A DNA stretch of 52,130 nt from Octopus bimaculoides (lineage: Eukaryota). The first letter of the stretch is position 1, and every line of letters starts with the position of its first letter. The notes beneath the pieces are model-generated. The model made no database searches. It saw only the letters and a program-made list of their open reading frames with translations, and had not been told where the DNA came from. The stretch spans positions 162,385,215 to 162,437,344 of the forward strand of contig NC_068982.1 in the NCBI RefSeq assembly GCF_001194135.2, given 5' to 3'. Of the stretch, positions 47,170 to 52,130 are shown piece by piece. Made by a program: the position numbers and the translations under genes.

Positions 47170-50000
47170 CTTTTGTAATGGGTGAATAGCACAGGGGCCA
47201 AATCTTGAGAGGATTTTAAAATTGATGCCAACATCAATTTGTGCAATATTGATGGAATATTTTCTGCATTACACAAATGACATAGCACTCACAGTGGAAT
47301 TGGAGAGAGTAGAGATTGAGTTTTTTTAGTTGACTCCAGTAGTCAATGTCCGTCATGCCATCTATCTTTCTTGTTATTGACCTCTTGTTATTGAGTGCTT
47401 CCACTTTCATAATGCTTTGCTTCATGTGCGGAGACCACAGTGGGCAACAGTATTCAAGGTGGGATCAAACAAAAGTAGAGTAGAGAAGGATGATGGTGCA
47501 AGCATCTCTAAGTTCTCAGAATCCAGGAGCACATCTTGCAAGTCAAATCAACCTTGCTGTTTACGTGGGAACTCCAGCTTAGACTGTTATCAACAATTAC
47601 TCTAAGGTTTCTGGTGTTGTTGGATGACACTAGGGATTCGCCCTAGGGAAGGGCATATGGTAGTTTAAGAATGTCCTCTTTTCCAAAGTGGATCAAATTA
47701 AACTTATCTTCATTTAGAAACATATTGTTCTTTTCCACCCATTTTACAACAGCAAACAGATCTGACTGAAGGCATGTTTGGTCTCCCATACCGTATATGG
47801 CCTTCTGGAGCTTGGAATCATCTACAAAAATTTTCAATGTACAGTGTTTGGTGATGTCTACTATGTCATTGATGTAGATGATAAAGAGGAATGGGCCCAA
47901 CACAGTACCTTGTGGGACACCACCACTAACTTTGGCTGAGTTTGATCAGATTCCCCCAAGCACAACATGTTGGGTTCTGTTCGTCAAGAAGCACTTTGTC
48001 CACTGCAGCAGCTTTCCACAGACTCCAATTTTGGACAGTTTCTTCAGCAGGATTTTGTGGTCCACTCTGTCAAATGCCTTGTTGAAATCAAGGTATATGA
48101 CATCAGTGTTGGAGCCTTCTCCCAAAGCTTTTAAAATGTCATCAAAATGGTGCAGAAGCTGCAACAGGCAGTCTCTGCCATCATAGAAACCATGCTGGTT
48201 GGGGTTCAGCAGAATGTTGTCTTCGAGGAAGTGGGTTATTCGTGATCTCACCACTCTCTCAAATACTTTAATGATATGAGAGGTGAGTGAAATTGGACAG
48301 TAGTTCACTGCAAGAGATTTGTTTCCCTTTTTGAAAACTGAAACGACAGAGATGGGAAAAAAAATAATCAGGAATATAGCCTGTGTCAAGTGAATTCTTG
48401 CAGAGCTCAGCTAGAGGGGGTGCAATTTGATGTTGACACACCTTCAGGACTGTGGCCAGGAACCTATTGGGACCTACTGCCGAGTTGTGCTTGAGCTTAT
48501 TTATTTCTGTCAGGATTTCAGGAGCACCAAAAGTTATGTCAGATATAGTTAGTTGAGGGTTTACATCACTGATACTAGCCAGATCAACCACTTTAGGGTT
48601 ACTAAAAACAGAGCAGTATTGTTTTTGCAGTACCTTGCACATTGATTTTGCATCATCATGTACAGTGTTGTTCTCATCAACCAGAGGACCAACAGTGGCA
48701 ACAGATTTGTTTTTTTGCAAATGAAAAGAGCACTTTGAGATTGAGTTTAATTTTCTCAAAGGCCCAATTCTCCTCAGTCGCTCTTTGGTTGTTTTTTGGA
48801 AGTTGTATCTTTTCAATGCTTTTTTGGAAGTTGTATTTTTTCAATGCAACTGGAGCTCTGCTGGTGTTGCTTCGATGACTCGGCGGGGAGCCTGCGCAGG
48901 AAACCATAGTCAGTTCTGGGGGGAGTATGGTTGCAAAACAGAAACTTAAAGGAATAGATGGAAGGGCACTACCAGGAGTGGAGCCTGCAGCTTAATTTGA
49001 CTCAACATGGGATATTTAAGTTGGCAGTATTTAAGTTGGTTGATTTTTTTGTTAGTCCTTTTTATTTTTCTGATAATTGCTCTTCTATTTTTAGGGATTC
49101 TGTACTTCGATTTGTTTACTGATCTTAATGGGGTATGTTTTGCACATATATTTGTTACAATTTCTACAAATCTCTGCCATAATGTGTTTATGTTGGTGTG
49201 GGTGTGTGCATGTGTGAAGGCCCAATCAACTTGTGAAAGATCATGATCAATTGCATCCCAGTCTGCATTATGAAGATCCATGGTGTCAAATGCATGGGCT
49301 GGAGAGATGTCATTGAGTTTTATCTTTGGGTGGTAGAATCTCAGATCACAGAGAACCATGTCATGGTCTGAGAGTAGTGATGCTTTTTCCACTGCGATAT
49401 TGTGGGTAGTGTCAGTGTGATTGCTGAACACTAGGTCCAAGGTGCTTTTGTAACACTTTATTGGTTCAAGAACAAGTTGGGTTAGGAAAAACTCATCCAT
49501 GAAATCAAAAAGCAATTCAACTGTTTCTTTGTCAGGGACTGAGGTGGAAAAGCCTGGTTTCAAGCTGTTTGTGGACAAATCAACACTGGGAAGGTTGAAG
49601 TTCCCCATCATTAATGTGTTGTCAGCATGACACTGATGGATGAAACACTCAATACTGTTGAGGCATTCCTTGAAGCATAGTAGAGGAGGTAGAGGTGACC
49701 TGTCGAGCCCAACTACTATTAAATTGTTGGTTTACTGTACACAGAAGCTGCTGCACAGTGGCCATTGGTAAATACGTCCATTGCTTCAACTGAAAAAGAA
49801 TTGTGCATGAAAATGGTGGTCCCACCCTTTATTCTGCCAACACAATCTGTACAGATAGCTGTAAAATTCTTCACTCTCACCTCAGCTTCCAAGTGAAGGT
49901 TATTGAGATGAGGACGAAAAAAGGGACATGGTGTGGATGATCATTAACCCAATCCTCAATAAATTAGATCTTCCATTTGGGCATTGGTGGAAGGGCTGAT
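47170..50000 (-). mobile_element. CR1-like LINE, nearly complete but disrupted ORF2 (APE endonuclease plus RT)
   Basis: EN: GRIKGGTTIF, MMGNFNLP, STLDLVF, SDHDMV. RT: YCPISLTSHIIKVFERVV, NQHGF..GRDCL.QL, DVIYLDFNKAFDRVDH, GVPQGTVLGPFLF.IYIND, FVDDSKL. C-terminus: DYWSQLKKLNLYSLQ. Several frameshifts, including a 28-bp tandem duplication at 48792-48847. Confidence 0.93.
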
Positions 50001-50655
50001 GCCTTGTGCATTGAGCAAAAATGTGAAGGTGATAGTGGTGGCTGATTTTGACTGTTTCGCAATGCCAGTCAATATCATGGTTTTGTATTTGTGCACTAAA
50101 ACATAAGATACCTAGACTGTATAGTCTGTAATATTAGGAATTTTTTAGAACAACATTGAATATTATAGTATAAGTCTGATATCCGAAAACTATGAATCTA
50201 GAGAGGAGAAGAGTTAGGGAATTATTCAGTATCAAAGAAAAGATTTAAGAAGATAGTTATTAATGTTGGCTACTATGTCTCTGTACAGAAAGGAACACTA
50301 GAGTCTGTAAAGCTTTTCATAACAATTTATTCTTTCCGTACACAAGAAATGATAGCTGTCATTACTATGAACAACAAAATTTCGAGAGAGTTTTTCAGCA
50401 GATAAAGTGTGGTTAGTTGCTTGCTGGCTACTGACTTTTTGTATCATTCGTCAACTCCTACAGTGTCTGTCAATGCTCTTTCTGCTGCATACCAAAACTG
50501 TCTAGCATTTCTACTTGAAGCCTATTCTTGAAGTGAAGTTGTGATTGATCAAATTTTGTTGATCTTGTGGACAATATTTTGTTGATCACATGCACATGCA
50601 AGCACACACACACACGTACATATATCTATATATATATATATATATATACATGCAT

Positions 50656-50819
50656 GATGGGCTTCTTCCAGTTTCTGTTTACCAAATCCACTCATAAGGC
50701 TTTGGTCAATCCAGGATTATAGTAGAAGACATTTGCCCAAGGTACCACACAGTGGCATTGAACCCAAGACTACATAGTTAAAAAGCAAGCTTCTCAACCA
50801 CACAGCCACATCTATGCCT
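50656..50819 (-). mobile_element. SINE family A, 5' half
   Basis: gggcttcttccagtttc...tagtagaagacatttgcccaagg...gcaagcttctcaaccacacagcc. Confidence 0.82.
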
Positions 50820-51397
50820 ACGACAATAACTGTGATAAATCCATTATCAGTACAACAGTACAATTCTCCCAAGAAATTGGATTAGATTTTAAATGTCTAC
50901 AATCTAAAACTAATTTAGCAGCAAAAAATAACACACAAATTGGACCTTAAGATGACCATATGCTAAGCAGTCACTCAGTCTATAAGGGATAACAGCCAAA
51001 TATCCCTCAAATTACATACACCCTTTTAATTTAAAAAAAAAAGGACACATTAGAAAATGTGGACATTATACATACAATATGTCTGAGAATAAAAGATGAA
51101 ATGGATATGGCTGAAATGTCTTTCATAATTGGTCTGATTGATAAGGGTTGAAGACTTAGAGCTAAGTGACAACAATGATAAAAAGTATTCCATTCCATTA
51201 TATAGTCAATACTTCCATACTTCTGCATACATGCATGCGTACATACATACATACATACATACATACATACATACACACACATATTCCTCGCAATATATCT
51301 ACTGCTGAAGACCTGTTCTTTAATGGTGAATGATGTTGCCTATGGATTTGGTCATTCTAGGTATGAGTCAAATTATATAAATATATATATATATATG

Positions 51398-51440
<43 letters not shown>

Positions 51441-51444
<4 letters not shown>

Positions 51445-51598
51445 AGTGGGTGCTGAAAAGTTCCTGGCTTTGGGTAAAAGAAAATACAGGAGGATCGGTT
51501 AATTATCATTTTATTCATCGTATTTCCCCTCAGATTGCAGTAGTCCTTCAGTTTTTCTAAACCCTGTAAAAGGATCTTTTCAGCACCCACCCCATGTA
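51441..51598. mobile_element. Mariner-derived MITE, about 158 bp
   Basis: Left TAtgaGTGGGTGCTGAAAAGTTCC; right reverse complement TAcatgggGTGGGTGCTGAAAAGATCC (18/19 core match); TA at both ends. Confidence 0.8.
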
Positions 51599-51620
51599 TA
51601 TATGTATTTATATATATATA

Positions 51621-51660
<40 letters not shown>

Positions 51661-51757
51661 GTCTGACAAGACATCCATGAGGCTAAGGTCTTTGTAGACA
51701 TGAAATTATTGGTTACTCTACTAACAGACATTAACTTAATGGAGTGGCTATGTGGAG

Positions 51758-51901
51758 GCACAGGAGTGGCTGTGTGGTAAGTAGATTGCCTACCAATCAC
51801 ATGGTTGTGGGTTCAGTCCCATTGCGTATCACCTTGGGCAAGTGTTTTCTACTATAACCTTGTGAGTGGATTTGGTAGACGGAAACTGAAAGAAGCTTGT
51901 C

Positions 51902-51943
<42 letters not shown>

Positions 51944-52130
51944 TTGTGTCTGTACCCCCACTATCGCTTGACAACTGATGTTGGTGTGTTCATGTCCCCG
52001 TAACTTAGTGGTTTGGCAAAAGAGACTGATGGAATAAGTACTAGGTTTGAAAAGAATAAGTCCTGAGGTCGACTTGTTCGACTAAAGGCGGTGCTCCAGC
52101 ATCGCTACAGTCAAATGACTGAAACAAATA
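51758..52130 (+). mobile_element. SINE family A, full length, tRNA-type head
   Basis: A-box-like tggctgtgtgg, B-box-like ggttcagtccc, core, (TG)n linker, 3' half ending gactgaaacaaa. Confidence 0.9.

Noticed and set aside
48792-48847. 28-bp tandem duplication as a regulatory repeat
   Set aside because: It lies within the dead CR1-like ORF2 and simply causes a frameshift.
51758-51830. tRNA gene
   Set aside because: The A/B-box-like motifs belong to a SINE head repeated many times in the window; no full cloverleaf.

Overview
AT-rich, microsatellite-rich animal genomic DNA with six N-gaps. The SINE and RTE repeats resemble those I associate with octopus, but that assignment is inference. The left part (3949-22318, + strand) holds a bubblegum-family long-chain acyl-CoA ligase gene (ACSBG1/2-like). 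I hand-spliced 14 coding exons: all introns are GT-AG, all phases are compatible, and they give about 680 codons ending in TGA. The start-codon exon was not found. From about 23 kb to 52 kb I found no host gene, only transposon remnants: RTE, CR1-like, R4/Dong-like, Penelope-like, a deleted Ty3/Gypsy element, mariner, a MITE and two tRNA-type SINE families. There is no prokaryotic system, CRISPR array, rRNA or tRNA gene. The best second-look items are a 71/72-bp inverted copy of downstream flank at the 5' junction of an R4-like insertion, a nest of R4-like 3' ends inside SINE (AAT)n tails, tandem amplification of an ACSBG exon end and its splice donor, two genomic residues that A-to-I editing would turn into the family-conserved Gly, and a 42-bp hairpin array in an RTE 3' region. 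All coordinates and alignments were read by eye.
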